Shown piece after piece: positions 28,705-39,620 of a DNA stretch of 64,000 nucleotides. Location: the NCBI GenBank assembly GCA_965203325.1, contig OZ241875.1, forward strand, positions 3,904,001 through 3,968,000. Direction: 5' to 3'. The position numbers were made by a program, and so were the translations under genes. The stretch comes from a bacterium. GTDB lineage: Bacteria; UBA8248. Within the stretch, counting starts at the first letter, position 1; each line of letters begins with the position of its first letter. Under the pieces are notes generated by a model, which did not search any database, was not told the origin of the DNA, and worked only from the letters and a program-made list of their open reading frames with translations.

Positions 28705-29046
28705 CTAGTCGTCGTCGCCGACATTTCCGGGGAGCCTCAACCGCAGCCGCTCGACGGGGCGTCCGTTTTTCAGATGCTCCTCGATGAGTTCGGGAACGTC
28801 TTCCACCTTCACGCCCGTGTACCAGACCCCCTCCGGGTAGACGACCAGGGTGGGACCCATCGTGCACGGACCCAGACAAGTGGCTCCAGCCATGGCTGTA
28901 TCCGCAGCGAGTTCGTCATTCGAGCCTATTGCCTCTGTTATCGCTTGCGCGACTTCGATACTGCCCTTGCTCTGACAACAGCCCATCGGGTGAGTGGGCG
29001 GGCGTTGATTGATGCAGACGAAAACATGTCTTTTAATATGTTCCAC
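28705..29046 (-). CDS. Thioredoxin-like [2Fe-2S] ferredoxin
   Basis: HVFVC...GCC...CLGPC..GP..VVYPEGVWY. Confidence 0.9.
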   Translation of the reverse strand: MEHIKRHVFVCINQRPPTHPMGCCQSKGSIEVAQAITEAIGSNDELAADTAMAGATCLGPCTMGPTLVVYPEGVWYTGVKVEDVPELIEEHLKNGRPVERLRLRLPGNVGDDD

Positions 29047-29245
29047 AATTATCCTCTTTTCGAATATGGTGGTTTCTTTTGGAATTTCTCAGAGCGAGGT
29101 TTCAGAATCTTCCAACATCATCCCTGAATGACTTTGCCAGAAGAGGATGATACGCTCCGCTCACTAGAAGTCAAGGGATTCGACGCTTTCAGATTGACTG
29201 CACGTCGGATTGGTCGTCTTGGCCGGGAGTGAGCCTGTTTCGATA

Positions 29246-31993
29246 ATGTTCAAGAAATTTCCAAACGACGCGGGTGAAGCGTTTTCTGAAGACAAAAAAC
29301 CTCTCGTCTACCGGATGAAGGGTGGCCCTGCCTGTCTTTTTCTGCCGGACTCCACCGCTCCCGCCGTGAGCGTGCAGGCATGGTTTCGCGTCGGCAGTCT
29401 CACAGAAACGGACCAGCTTGAGGGCATCTCCCATTTTCTGGAGCATATGATATTCAAGGGTTCGGAAAATCTGGAAGTAGGGGAACTTGCCTCTTTGGCC
29501 GAGTCTTCTGGAGGGGACATCAACGCCTATACGACGAATGAATCCACCCATTACGATTTGATATCGATGCCGGATAAATTTGAAGAATGCCTGGAAGCGC
29601 TACTCGATGCGCTTTGGTGGCCACGGTTTGAGGATAGCGAAGTTCGCCAGGAAAAACAGGTCATTCTTTCCGAATGGAACCGCACCTATGAACAGCCCGA
29701 CCAAGTGCTTCAATATCATCTTTATCGCGAAGCTTACGGCCCCCGGCATCCTTACGGCCGCGCCATTCTGGGTACGCGGCAGACGCTCAAGAACATTGGC
29801 GCGGCAGAGTTGAAGAAATATCATAAGCAATTCTATCCGCCTTCATCCGCCGTCTTGGTGTTTGCCGGAGCTTTCGACGTTCCCCGGGTAAAATCCATTT
29901 TGAGAAAGAGGCGAAAAAATTTTTTCGCCAAATGGCCGAAACTTCAGGGAAGGAAAATGCCGAAAGTTCCCCGGTCGGCTCCTCTCAATGCAGGGCCGCG
30001 CATCGTCGTGCGGCGCGGCCGTTCGGGAACGGCGCACGTGGAACTCGCTTTTGCAATTCCTCCCCTGACGCACCGGGACGCTCCCGTGCTCGAGGTACTC
30101 GGCATCGTCCTGGGAGCAGGCGAAAGCTCCCGCCTGTATGAACATCTTTGTATGAACACGTCGCTGATGTTCGATGTTTCCGCCGATGTCTATCTCTCCA
30201 GCGGGCCGGGGCTGCTTTTCCTTGGTGGATACGCGGCGCCGGGAAACATCGAGAAGGCCATCGAGCAAATCCTCCAGGTAGCGAAACAAATTTTCGAGGA
30301 GAAGACCGTAAGCCCAGATGAATTGGATAGAGTGCGCATGAATTATCTGACGGGTCTGGAATTCAGGCGAGAGGGAATGACGGGCCGCGCTCGTGTGGCG
30401 GGCTATTCCGAGCTGATTACCGGAGACCCGAATTATCATTTCAAGTACATGAAGAAGGTGATGAAGGTAGACGCGAATGACGTATCGGACGTAGCGAGGC
30501 GCTATCTGTCACCATCAAGATTGACAGCGGGCGTATTCTTCCCCAAGGGAGAAGCGCCGCGAGTCGGCGTGCGAAGGATTCGAAATGCGATATGGAGCGG
30601 ATTCGAAAATCATCTTGAGCGAAAACGAAATGACGCGAATCGAAACCAGGGCACAGGGGAGAAATCAGCCGTGTCTAGTCGCACCCGCTCCGTTTCACAA
30701 AAAAGAAGCTGCCTCAAAAATACGAGGTGCTCCGGAGTCAAGAACACACCGATGGAGAGACAGCTTCCGGGTGGCGGGCGGTTGGTTATGCTCCCAGATG
30801 GCGGCCCGCGCGTTTTCTCTTTACGCGCCGTATTCCCTGGAGGGCAAAGAAATGAACCCGCCCGCCAGGCCGGACTTCACGCCCTGATGATGTCCGTCGC
30901 CCCCATGGCGACGGAGAGATGTCCATCGTCCATTCATACCAAAGAAGTGGAAGGTTTGGGCGCCAGTATGGATGGATTTTCGGGGCGAAATACTTTTGGG
31001 CTGACGGCTTCCGGCCTCAGCGCGGTTTTACCCGAAGTAGTGGAAAGATTCGTGGAACTCTTATCTGCGCCCGCTTTTGATGAGGAAGATGTTGAATTCA
31101 CTCGCACGGAACTTAATGCGGAGCGCGACAGCGAACTCGATGACTTGGGGCAATGGTGTCGGCTCAAGGGGTATCAACTCTTGTATGGCAAACACCCTTT
31201 GGGCCGTCATCCACTTGGGACTTCCAAGACGATGGCCACCTTTAATCAGAGGGCGTTGAGGCGAGAATGGCGGAAAAGGACATCGCCTGCGGATCTTGTC
31301 ATCGCGATGGCCGGCAATTTTGATGTTTCGTATCTGGAAGAACGTCTCCCCAAAATGCTCAAGCCTTGGGCCGCAAGCGCTCCCCGGGAAACACTCATTT
31401 CTCGGCCTGCACCGCCTCGAACTCCCTCCAGAAACCGGTTTCGTTCATACACGCTCGAAGGAGCTTCGCAAAGCCATATTCATATGTCGTTTTTAGGGAC
31501 GACTTTTCATGATCCGGCCAGACATGCGCTTGCCATTATAACAGCTGCATTGGGGAGTCAGGGCGGAGGATTCTTCCTTGAGTTAAGGGAAAAGCGCGGG
31601 CTTGCCTACGATGTGAGCGTTTCCTCGCACGAGTCTCTAGACCCGGGCCCAATTTCGATGTATGCGGCCACGCCTGCGGGCAAGGAAAAGCTCGTTGTTG
31701 ATCTCATGCGGCAAGAAATTGCCCGCATTAGCGCGGTGGGGCTCGGTGAAGAGGAATTCGAGCGAGCGAAGGCTTATATCGTCGGCGGATTGCATCGCAC
31801 TTATCAGAGGGCCTACGTGAGGGCAGCCGACTTGGCGGGTAGATTCGTTCATGGACTAGGATGGGAAACGCTTGAAGAAACAAAGCGGCAGATTGAACAA
31901 GTGGATATGGGTTCCGTAAGAGAAACCGCGTGTCACTTTATGAAGCCCAGCACAGAATGCCTGGTGATAGTATCGGGCAATTCTTTGAACTAG
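29246..31993 (+). CDS. M16 (pitrilysin/insulinase) family zinc peptidase, two-module
   Basis: GISHFLEHMIFKG (HxxEH), NAYT, LREKRGLAY; start uncertain (29210 or 29246). Confidence 0.88.
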   Translation: MFKKFPNDAGEAFSEDKKPLVYRMKGGPACLFLPDSTAPAVSVQAWFRVGSLTETDQLEGISHFLEHMIFKGSENLEVGELASLAESSGGDINAYTTNESTHYDLISMPDKFEECLEALLDALWWPRFEDSEVRQEKQVILSEWNRTYEQPDQVLQYHLYREAYGPRHPYGRAILGTRQTLKNIGAAELKKYHKQFYPPSSAVLVFAGAFDVPRVKSILRKRRKNFFAKWPKLQGRKMPKVPRSAPLNAGPRIVVRRGRSGTAHVELAFAIPPLTHRDAPVLEVLGIVLGAGESSRLYEHLCMNTSLMFDVSADVYLSSGPGLLFLGGYAAPGNIEKAIEQILQVAKQIFEEKTVSPDELDRVRMNYLTGLEFRREGMTGRARVAGYSELITGDPNYHFKYMKKVMKVDANDVSDVARRYLSPSRLTAGVFFPKGEAPRVGVRRIRNAIWSGFENHLERKRNDANRNQGTGEKSAVSSRTRSVSQKRSCLKNTRCSGVKNTPMERQLPGGGRLVMLPDGGPRVFSLRAVFPGGQRNEPARQAGLHALMMSVAPMATERCPSSIHTKEVEGLGASMDGFSGRNTFGLTASGLSAVLPEVVERFVELLSAPAFDEEDVEFTRTELNAERDSELDDLGQWCRLKGYQLLYGKHPLGRHPLGTSKTMATFNQRALRREWRKRTSPADLVIAMAGNFDVSYLEERLPKMLKPWAASAPRETLISRPAPPRTPSRNRFRSYTLEGASQSHIHMSFLGTTFHDPARHALAIITAALGSQGGGFFLELREKRGLAYDVSVSSHESLDPGPISMYAATPAGKEKLVVDLMRQEIARISAVGLGEEEFERAKAYIVGGLHRTYQRAYVRAADLAGRFVHGLGWETLEETKRQIEQVDMGSVRETACHFMKPSTECLVIVSGNSLN

Positions 31994-32002
31994 CCCGACC
32001 CT

Positions 32003-32695
32003 CTAGCGATTGGTTTGTTCAATCTCGGGCAAATCTTCTTGTAGTTTTCTCAACCGGCGGCGTAATTGAGTCATTTCCTCGATGATGTTTTCTTCTTTTT
32101 GGTAAGTGAGTAGCGTTCGCTCCAATTCTCTCGCTTCGGCAGCCAGCCTGCGTCTTTCCGAAGGATTTCTTGAGCGGATTTGCTGTCGTTCGATATCTCG
32201 AATGCGTTGTCGCAATTCTTCGAGAGTCATCGTCGTACGTGGTGGCAGAGGCATTTCTTTTGAGGTTGTATTTCGCGTAATTTCCCTGGCTGTTTGCCGG
32301 GCTTGACCGGGCCTCAGGTTTTCCTCCACTGCAGCAGGAGTTCTAGATGGGAACCGGTCCTGCGAGCGCGGCGTTTCAGGAATACGGACTGCGGGGCTTT
32401 TTTTGTCTTCAGTACTCTTATCGTTTGCAGGTTGTTTTTCTTCGGTGTCATTTCGCCCGTATGCGTGGTTCCGCTGATAATTTCCGATCGTGATCAGCGT
32501 ATTCGTAACGGCTCGCTGAGTCTTGAAGTATGCGGACCGAGCAGTGGATTTCGTCTTCTCCCAAATTTCTTGTGAAGAAAAGCTGCTTCCGGTACAACCC
32601 CCGGCCAGAAAGCTCAGCAACACAGCGGATAAAAGAATCAGTTTTCTTGCAGAATAGAAATCAGTTTGCGATTTGCTCGAATTCAGGCGTTTCAT
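32003..32695 (-). CDS. Hypothetical lipoprotein with coiled-coil C-terminus
   Basis: LAGGC lipobox-like; charged heptad-like C-terminus. Confidence 0.55.
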   Translation of the reverse strand: MKRLNSSKSQTDFYSARKLILLSAVLLSFLAGGCTGSSFSSQEIWEKTKSTARSAYFKTQRAVTNTLITIGNYQRNHAYGRNDTEEKQPANDKSTEDKKSPAVRIPETPRSQDRFPSRTPAAVEENLRPGQARQTAREITRNTTSKEMPLPPRTTMTLEELRQRIRDIERQQIRSRNPSERRRLAAEARELERTLLTYQKEENIIEEMTQLRRRLRKLQEDLPEIEQTNR

Positions 32696-34376
32696 CTTGT
32701 CTGTCCATGCTCAATAGGCGGTGGGCTGCCTCCTCCACTAGGGGGATAAGGCTTTCGGCGTCTATGCCGCTTACGGGGATACCGTTGAATCGACGACACA
32801 GATTGGCCAGACGGATGTCATCCGTCTGGTCCATTTTGTTGAAAACCCGAATGAGAGGCGTGCCTTTCAGCCCAATCTCATCCAGGATTTTCTCCACAGC
32901 AAGAAGGTTGTCCTCACAATGCTGAGAAGAGGCGTCGATTACGTGAAGGAGAAGGTCCGCTTCGCTCAGTTCCTCCAATGTCGAGTGGAACGCTCCTATC
33001 AACTCCTGAGGGAGGTCGTGAATGAAACCGACGGTATCGGTGATGATGACTTCCTGCTCGCGCGGGAGTCTGAGTCTTCGGCTCGATGTGTCCAGGGTGG
33101 CGAAGAGTCGGTCTTCGGCCATGATATTGCTGTTCGTTAAAGCGTTCAGCAATGTGGATTTCCCCGCGTTGGTATAGCCCACTAGGGAGAGAATCGGCAC
33201 CTGGCGACGCTGGCGCAGCCTTCTCCCCTGAGAGCGTTTTTTTTGTAAATTTCCGAGTTCTTTCTCCACTCTGCGAATGCGCTCGAACGCGCGACGGCGA
33301 TGAATTTCCAGCTTCGTTTCGCCCGGCCCCCTGCCGCCGATGCCGCCGGTGAGTCTGCTCAAGGCCGTGTGTTGGGAGGAGATTCGGGGCAGCGTATATC
33401 GCAACAACGCCAACTCCACCTGAAGTTTTCCCACGCGGCTCTTTGCTCTTTGGGCGAAAATGTCAAGGATGATCTGCGTCCGGTCAAGGATTTTCAGATC
33501 GGTGAATTCGGATAAATTCTTGATTTGCGAGGGCGTCAACTCGCTGGAGAAGAACAGGGCTTCGGCTCCCACCTGCATCGAATTCATCAGGACATCCGCC
33601 AGCCGGCCTTTGCCAATCACGAAGCGAGGGTCCGGCTTCTTGCGGCGCTGCAGTATTTGTCCGCAGGGGATGAAACCGGCCTCACGTGTGAGAAGGGACA
33701 ATTCCTCGAACTCGGTCTCAGGGGAGCGGTTCGAGTTCTGCCCGGTATCGAGATGCACCAATATGGCGCGCTCACCCTCTTCGAGTTCAATGGATGTTTT
33801 CTGTAGTCGGGCGAACTCACTCTCAAGAGAGTTGATGAGGGCCTCGATGTCGATTCGGGTCGATTCGAGATTCGGGAACGACTGGATTTCCCATGGAGCG
33901 CGATTCTTCTCTAAGGTCAAGTGGCCGTTGGCTTGCCCACTCTCGTCAGGAGGCCGGGGTGTAATGTGGGCGAATTGGAAGCGGCCCGTATTCCCGTCAT
34001 CCACGACTTCAATGACTCCCATGGCGTCGAGGCGGAGGAGGGCCATATCCGTCAGGTCTTCCTGGGATAACGGGGAGGCGTTTAAGTGGGTGTGTACGCA
34101 CCGAAGGCCTCTGAGTCTGGCCGTTCCGGCCCGTGCGCGGCCCAGTTCCGGGATTTCGATCCCCCGCGCGTCCCCGATGATCACGTAGCGCACGACGCCG
34201 AGCCGATCGATGAGCAAACCGATTTGACGCGAGATTTCATGAGATAAAAATGCCAGTTCGCGGCCAAGCTCTAAATGAATGAATTGACCGGGTGGAATTT
34301 TGCGGCGGTAAAGCCTTTCCAGAACTTTCATTTGCTTAGGCTTCAGCCCGGTGAGGCGACCATGAAGTCTAGCGAT
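32661..34376 (-). CDS. hflX: GTPase HflX, long form with N-terminal extension; probable ATC start
   Basis: GYTNAGKST, LFATLD, DTVGF, NKMD, GPGETKLE; N-terminal 'G..TGLKP.Q.K.LERLY' begins upstream of ATG 34331. Confidence 0.9.
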   Translation of the reverse strand: MARLHGRLTGLKPKQMKVLERLYRRKIPPGQFIHLELGRELAFLSHEISRQIGLLIDRLGVVRYVIIGDARGIEIPELGRARAGTARLRGLRCVHTHLNASPLSQEDLTDMALLRLDAMGVIEVVDDGNTGRFQFAHITPRPPDESGQANGHLTLEKNRAPWEIQSFPNLESTRIDIEALINSLESEFARLQKTSIELEEGERAILVHLDTGQNSNRSPETEFEELSLLTREAGFIPCGQILQRRKKPDPRFVIGKGRLADVLMNSMQVGAEALFFSSELTPSQIKNLSEFTDLKILDRTQIILDIFAQRAKSRVGKLQVELALLRYTLPRISSQHTALSRLTGGIGGRGPGETKLEIHRRRAFERIRRVEKELGNLQKKRSQGRRLRQRRQVPILSLVGYTNAGKSTLLNALTNSNIMAEDRLFATLDTSSRRLRLPREQEVIITDTVGFIHDLPQELIGAFHSTLEELSEADLLLHVIDASSQHCEDNLLAVEKILDEIGLKGTPLIRVFNKMDQTDDIRLANLCRRFNGIPVSGIDAESLIPLVEEAAHRLLSMDRQDETPEFEQIAN

Positions 34377-34496
34377 GGTAAGGTACTCCCCAAATCAAAT
34401 GGGCGAAAATGAAGGGACTGCGCCAGCGATTTTTCCCATAGCATAAACGACAATCTGCCACCAAGATATGCTAAGTTTGCCCCTAACACAAGATGA

Positions 34497-34525
34497 TTGA
34501 CACTCCCCATAGTGTTCAATAGACT
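34497..34525 (+). promoter_or_regulatory. Sigma70 promoter upstream of mgtE
   Basis: TTGACA-17 nt-TAGACT. Confidence 0.6.
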
Positions 34526-34572
34526 CTACGCCCTTTGGACGCCATGTTTACTTGATTATTTGGGGATCAGCC

Positions 34573-35940
34573 ATGGTAAACGAGCGTGATCCGAGACTTC
34601 TTCGCGTAGAAGACATGGTGCGTCGGCTTTTAAGGCACAAGGCCGACGCTAACCTTTCCAATGCGCTGGAAAAAATGCACGCGGCCGAAGTGGCGCAGAT
34701 TTTTCAGCATTTCCTGCCCGAAGAACGCCAGGAAGCGTTTTCCCTCGTCCAAAATCGTGAGCACCGCGCCTCCATTCTGACGGAATCGGATTCTCACATC
34801 GTACGGGAACTCCTGGAGCCGGTGTCGAATCAGGACGTCGTCCCACTGATCAAGGAATTGGACAGCGACGACGCGAGATACATTCTCGAAACCCTGCCAG
34901 ATGAGCGTTCCCAGGAAATCGTTGCGCTCCTCGATGCGCCGGAAACAGAGGCGATACAGGACATGATGGCGTATATGCCGGAAACCGCCGGCGCCATCAT
35001 GACGGATTCCTATGTGGCTCTTCCCGAGGAGCTTACTGTGAATGAGGCCATCTCCCAGGTGCGGAAAGCGAGCGAGGTGGACTATATATTCTATGTGTAC
35101 GTCATCGATTCGAATGGTTGCCTGAGAGGGGTGATTACTCTTCGTCAACTCTTGCTGGCGGATCCGTCCAAAAGCTTGTCCGAAATCATGATTACCAACG
35201 TCTGGAGCGAAAACGTACATGCCGACCAGGAGCACGTCGCACGCGTCGTCTCTCGCTACAACATTTTGGCCATACCCGTTGTGGATGACGACAACGTCCT
35301 GGTCGGAATCATCACGGTGGATGACGTGCTCGACGTCATCAGAGAAGAAGCGACCGAGGATATCCTGAAAATGGCGGGAACGCACTCCTATCAAGACGAG
35401 GTGACGTCGCTTTCCGCAAGGCGCCTTGCGTGGATTCGTTTACCCTGGCTGTTCTTCAGTTGGCTGGGGGGCATTCTCGCCGCCCAGTTGATCCATCAGT
35501 ACTCAGACCAATTGAGTAAAATTGTGGCTCTCGCCGCGTTCATGCCGGTTATCATTGGTATGGCGGGCAACGTGGGCACACAAAGCGCCACCATCGTGGT
35601 GCGTGGCTTGGCGACAGGGCGCATCGATCCCAAATCATGGCTTCGCGTCATCTCGAAAGAGGTGGCCGTCGGGACGCTTCTGGGCATTTGCTATGGCTTG
35701 TTGTTGGGGTTGTTGGCAACGTACCAGTTCGCCTCCGTCGCCTGGTTGGGCTTCGTCGTGGGTCTTGCGATATGCGTGGTGATGATGTTCTCTGCCCTTC
35801 TGGCCTCGTTTTTACCGTTGCTGCTTCATCGTTTTCGGGTGGATCCCGCCGTGGCGACAGGGCCTTTCGTCACGACCGGGGTCGATGTCCTGGGACTTTT
35901 GATTTACTTTAACATCGCTCGTTTCTTTCTTTTTTCATAA
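34573..35940 (+). CDS. mgtE: Magnesium transporter MgtE
   Basis: TAGAIM, CBS pair, RLPWL, GNVGTQS, DPAVATGPFVTT..D. Confidence 0.95.
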   Translation: MVNERDPRLLRVEDMVRRLLRHKADANLSNALEKMHAAEVAQIFQHFLPEERQEAFSLVQNREHRASILTESDSHIVRELLEPVSNQDVVPLIKELDSDDARYILETLPDERSQEIVALLDAPETEAIQDMMAYMPETAGAIMTDSYVALPEELTVNEAISQVRKASEVDYIFYVYVIDSNGCLRGVITLRQLLLADPSKSLSEIMITNVWSENVHADQEHVARVVSRYNILAIPVVDDDNVLVGIITVDDVLDVIREEATEDILKMAGTHSYQDEVTSLSARRLAWIRLPWLFFSWLGGILAAQLIHQYSDQLSKIVALAAFMPVIIGMAGNVGTQSATIVVRGLATGRIDPKSWLRVISKEVAVGTLLGICYGLLLGLLATYQFASVAWLGFVVGLAICVVMMFSALLASFLPLLLHRFRVDPAVATGPFVTTGVDVLGLLIYFNIARFFLFS

Positions 35941-35961
35941 CCGCTCATAGGTTAATCCGGC

Positions 35962-36387
35962 TTGGCTCTTTCCATCGATTTCCGTGTAAGGTATGCCGAA
36001 ACCGACCAGATGGGCGTGGTGCACCACGCGGTCTATTATGTGTGGTTCGAGCAGTTGAGAACGGAGTATTTTCGTAAAATCGGGTTTCCCTACGGGCAAC
36101 TCGAAGAACAGGGCGTTTTCTTTCCCGTGGTGGAGAGCCGTTGCGAGTACAAGGAAGGCGCCCGGTATGATGGCGAGGTGAGGGTCACCGGCTGGTTCAG
36201 AGAGCCCGAGGGCGTCCGGGTCCGGATCGATTATCTGGTGGAGCAGGAGGGGCGGATTCTGGTGAAAGGCTATACGCTTCATGCGAGAACCGATGCGGGC
36301 GGAAAACCAAGACGCATTCCGCCTGAAATTCTCAAAAAGATAAGAGAGGAGGCCGCGCCCGTCCCAGAGGGGGTGCATCTGAAGTAG
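35962..36387 (+). CDS. Acyl-CoA thioesterase, YbgC/4HBT family
   Basis: RVRYAETDQMGVVHH..Y..WFE..R. Confidence 0.9.
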   Translation: MALSIDFRVRYAETDQMGVVHHAVYYVWFEQLRTEYFRKIGFPYGQLEEQGVFFPVVESRCEYKEGARYDGEVRVTGWFREPEGVRVRIDYLVEQEGRILVKGYTLHARTDAGGKPRRIPPEILKKIREEAAPVPEGVHLK

Positions 36388-36461
36388 CGCAAGTATTTTG
36401 AAACAGCCGCAGTGCCTGTATAAGAATTCAAGAGACATATACCGGAAAATTGAGGAAATTG

Positions 36462-39074
36462 ATGCTCGGCGAATATAGTCCATCAAGTTACGAGGAAAAG
36501 TGGCAGAATCATTGGGCACAGGAGAAGATTTTCGAAACCTCCGATCATCCCGGTGAGAAGCCCACCTATTATTCCCTGATGATGTTTCCCTATCCGTCGG
36601 GTGACCTGCACATGGGCCACGCCTGTAACTACACGATGGGCGACGCCATCAGTCGTTACCGGAAGATGCGCGGCTTCGAAGTCTTACACCCCATGGGCTG
36701 GGACGCCTTGGGGTTGCCCGCGGAGAACGCCGCCATCAATGCCGGCGCGCACCCCGCCGAGTGGACGAAAAAAAACGTCGACAACATGAGACGCCAGCTT
36801 CGCATGGCGGGTCTCGCCTATGACTGGCCACGCGAGATTTCCACAGCGCATCCGGGCTATTACAAGTGGACGCAGTGGATATTCCTCAAAATGTTGGAGA
36901 ACGGCCTGGCGTATAAACGCGAGGCCCTCGTCAATTGGGACCCGGTGGATGGCACGGTTCTCGCGAACGAGCAGATTCACGACGGCATCGCCTGGCGCAG
37001 CGGGGCCAAAGTGGAAAAACGCTGGCTCAGCCAGTGGTTCTTGAAGATTACCGACTATGCGCAACGCTTGCTCGACGATCTGGATGGCCTCGTCGGCTGG
37101 CCCGAGCACGTCAAGCAGCAACAAAGAAACTGGCTGGGGCGCAGCGAGGGTGCGCGAATCGATTTCAAACTCGAATCGACCGGCGAGACGCTCTCCGTGT
37201 TCACCACCAGACCGGATACGGTATACGGCGTCACTTTTATGGTCTGTGCGCCCGAGCATCCTCTCATCGATCAACTGCTGGAGGGCAATCCGCGCGCGGA
37301 TTCCATCCGCGAGGCCGTGGAGGTCATGCAGGCCCAGAGCGCTGCGGAGCGCATGAGCGAGGAGAGCGAAAAAACAGGCGTTGAAACGGGTCATTTCATC
37401 ATCAACCCCGTCAATGGTGATCGCGTGCCCTTGCTCGTAGCCGATTACGCGCTGATGGAATACGGCACGGGCATCGTGATGGGCGTGCCCGCGCACGATC
37501 AGCGCGATTTCCTTTTTGCCAGGAAATACGGCATCCCCGTCAAGGTGGTCATCCAGCATCCCGAGGGGGGGCTCGCTGGCGACACGATGGAGCAGGCCTA
37601 CACCGAAGACGGCGTGATGGAGAACTCTGGTCCCTTTGACGGGCAGCCGAACCGCGAAGCGTATCCGAGGATGATCGATTATTTCGCAGATAATGGTTTT
37701 GGGGATAAGACCATCAACTGGCGCCTGAGAGACTGGCTCATTTCGCGTCAGCGTTATTGGGGGGTGCCGATTCCCGTCATTTATGAGGAAGACGGCAGCA
37801 TCACTCCGGTGCCGGACGACCATCTGCCCGTCATGCACCCACGCGACGTCGAGTTCACGGGCCGGGGCGGAAATCCTCTGGATCAGAGTGAAGATTTCGT
37901 GAACGTCATCAGTCCGAAAACAGGCAGGCCCGCGCGCCGTGAGACCGACACGATGGACACTTTCGTGGATTCGTCCTGGTATTACCTGCGATACGTGAGC
38001 CCCCGCGATGATGACGCCGTATTCCAGTCGGAAAACGTGAACCGCTGGCTGCCGGTGACGCAGTACATCGGGGGGGCGGAACACGCCGTCATGCACCTGC
38101 TGTACTCGCGGTTTTTCACAAAAGTGCTCTACGACCTGGGGCTCGTCTCCTTCGAAGAGCCGTTCGAAAATCTCTTCACCCAGGGAATGGTATGCAGGAT
38201 GGCCTATTATGTGGCCGATGCGCGTGGCCGCATCTGGGTGCCTTATCAGGATGTGGACGAGGAATCTCTGGTCGTCACGACGGACGGCCCAACTGGCAGT
38301 GGCTACGAGGCCGGGCAAAAAGTGCTCACCGAGATGGCCTCGATGAGCAAATCGAAGATGAACGGAGTCTCGATTGAAGAATGCACGGGGAAATACGGGG
38401 CGGATGCGGGCAGGCTCTATACGCTGTTCATCGGCCCTCCCGAGCGCTCGAAGGAATGGCGCGATGACGGCCTGATCGGCGTGCACCGCTTCCTGCAAAG
38501 GCTTTGGAGCACGTTCTCAGAGCGCCTCGAAGGCTGGCGGGAAGCGGAGGCCTATTCAGGGGATGGGGATGGACTATCCGCTTCAGGGAGAAAACTCAGG
38601 CGGGACGCCCACGCCACCTTGAAGGCTGTGACGGAAGTTTATGCGCACTCCTTCTCGTTCAACACGGCGGTGGCGCGCATCATGGAACTGGCCACGTCGC
38701 TTCGTGCAGAGGCCAATGCCGAAAATGCGGCGCAGCGCGAAGCGGCCCAGATTCTGCTTTGCTGTATGGCGCCCATGGCGCCTCACGTTGCTGAGGAGCT
38801 CTGGCAGGCCCTGGGCACGGGTGGGGGAGAGGCGAGTATCTTCCGTGAAACATGGCCGGAGGTGAACGAGGCGGCCATTGCCGCCGAGGAGAAAGAATTC
38901 GCCGTACAGGTAAACGGAAAGACGAGGCGCACGTTCATGGCGCTGCCGGACGCGTCGGAGGAGGAATTGAAGAAAAAGGCGGAAGCCGTAACGGCCGGCT
39001 ATATCGGCGATAAAGAGATCGTGAAGCACATCGTCGTGCCCGGTCGTCTGGTGAACCTGATTGTGAAGGGGTAG
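36462..39074 (+). CDS. leuS: Leucine--tRNA ligase
   Basis: MFPYPSG.LHMGH, FTTRPDT, GTG..MGVPAHDQRD, SRQRYWG, SMSKS, VQVNGK. Confidence 0.97.
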   Translation: MLGEYSPSSYEEKWQNHWAQEKIFETSDHPGEKPTYYSLMMFPYPSGDLHMGHACNYTMGDAISRYRKMRGFEVLHPMGWDALGLPAENAAINAGAHPAEWTKKNVDNMRRQLRMAGLAYDWPREISTAHPGYYKWTQWIFLKMLENGLAYKREALVNWDPVDGTVLANEQIHDGIAWRSGAKVEKRWLSQWFLKITDYAQRLLDDLDGLVGWPEHVKQQQRNWLGRSEGARIDFKLESTGETLSVFTTRPDTVYGVTFMVCAPEHPLIDQLLEGNPRADSIREAVEVMQAQSAAERMSEESEKTGVETGHFIINPVNGDRVPLLVADYALMEYGTGIVMGVPAHDQRDFLFARKYGIPVKVVIQHPEGGLAGDTMEQAYTEDGVMENSGPFDGQPNREAYPRMIDYFADNGFGDKTINWRLRDWLISRQRYWGVPIPVIYEEDGSITPVPDDHLPVMHPRDVEFTGRGGNPLDQSEDFVNVISPKTGRPARRETDTMDTFVDSSWYYLRYVSPRDDDAVFQSENVNRWLPVTQYIGGAEHAVMHLLYSRFFTKVLYDLGLVSFEEPFENLFTQGMVCRMAYYVADARGRIWVPYQDVDEESLVVTTDGPTGSGYEAGQKVLTEMASMSKSKMNGVSIEECTGKYGADAGRLYTLFIGPPERSKEWRDDGLIGVHRFLQRLWSTFSERLEGWREAEAYSGDGDGLSASGRKLRRDAHATLKAVTEVYAHSFSFNTAVARIMELATSLRAEANAENAAQREAAQILLCCMAPMAPHVAEELWQALGTGGGEASIFRETWPEVNEAAIAAEEKEFAVQVNGKTRRTFMALPDASEEELKKKAEAVTAGYIGDKEIVKHIVVPGRLVNLIVKG

Positions 39075-39151
39075 ATGACTCCGGTATCATTTTTGGAGCG
39101 ATATAACGGGAATGATTCATAATGTCATGACTTATGGAGAGGAGATGGAAA

Positions 39152-39604
39152 ATGGCCGAGCGCCCGACCGAAATGGATGAATTTTTACAAGAACCACACA
39201 TGGCGAGAATCGCCACCACGAATGCGGATGGCTCACCGCACGTCGTCCCGCTTTTGTATCTGTTCAATCCCGAGGATGCGAGTTTTTTCATCAGCACGGG
39301 TGAAGATTCGGTTTCGGTGAGAAACTTAAAGCGCAATCCGGCCTTTGCGATTTGCATCGATGATGAGAATGCTCCGTTTCGCGCTGTAGTCGTGGAAGGG
39401 GAAGCGCAGGTTTCCGAGACGATGGGAACGGACCACGAGGGGCTGAAAAGTGTGGTGGACCACTTCTTCGGGCCTGAAATGTGGGCGAATTACGTCAATA
39501 CGCCCATCGCGCAGAAAATACGCGTGCGCATCACCATGGTGCCCAAGAAGTGGAAATGGTGGGATTACCGCAGAATGTTGATGGGTTCGGTGACGGTAGA
39601 CTAG
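39152..39604 (+). CDS. Pyridoxamine 5'-phosphate oxidase-like (split beta-barrel, flavin/F420-binding) protein
   Basis: ARIAT...DGSPHVVP, RNLKRNP, VVVEGEA. Confidence 0.82.
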   Translation: MAERPTEMDEFLQEPHMARIATTNADGSPHVVPLLYLFNPEDASFFISTGEDSVSVRNLKRNPAFAICIDDENAPFRAVVVEGEAQVSETMGTDHEGLKSVVDHFFGPEMWANYVNTPIAQKIRVRITMVPKKWKWWDYRRMLMGSVTVD

Positions 39605-39620
39605 GTTAGCTGGCGACAGG

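Noticed and set aside
38338..38360. LeuS SMSKS in place of KMSKS
   Set aside because: Variation at the first position is tolerated in class I synthetases; the catalytic second Lys is retained
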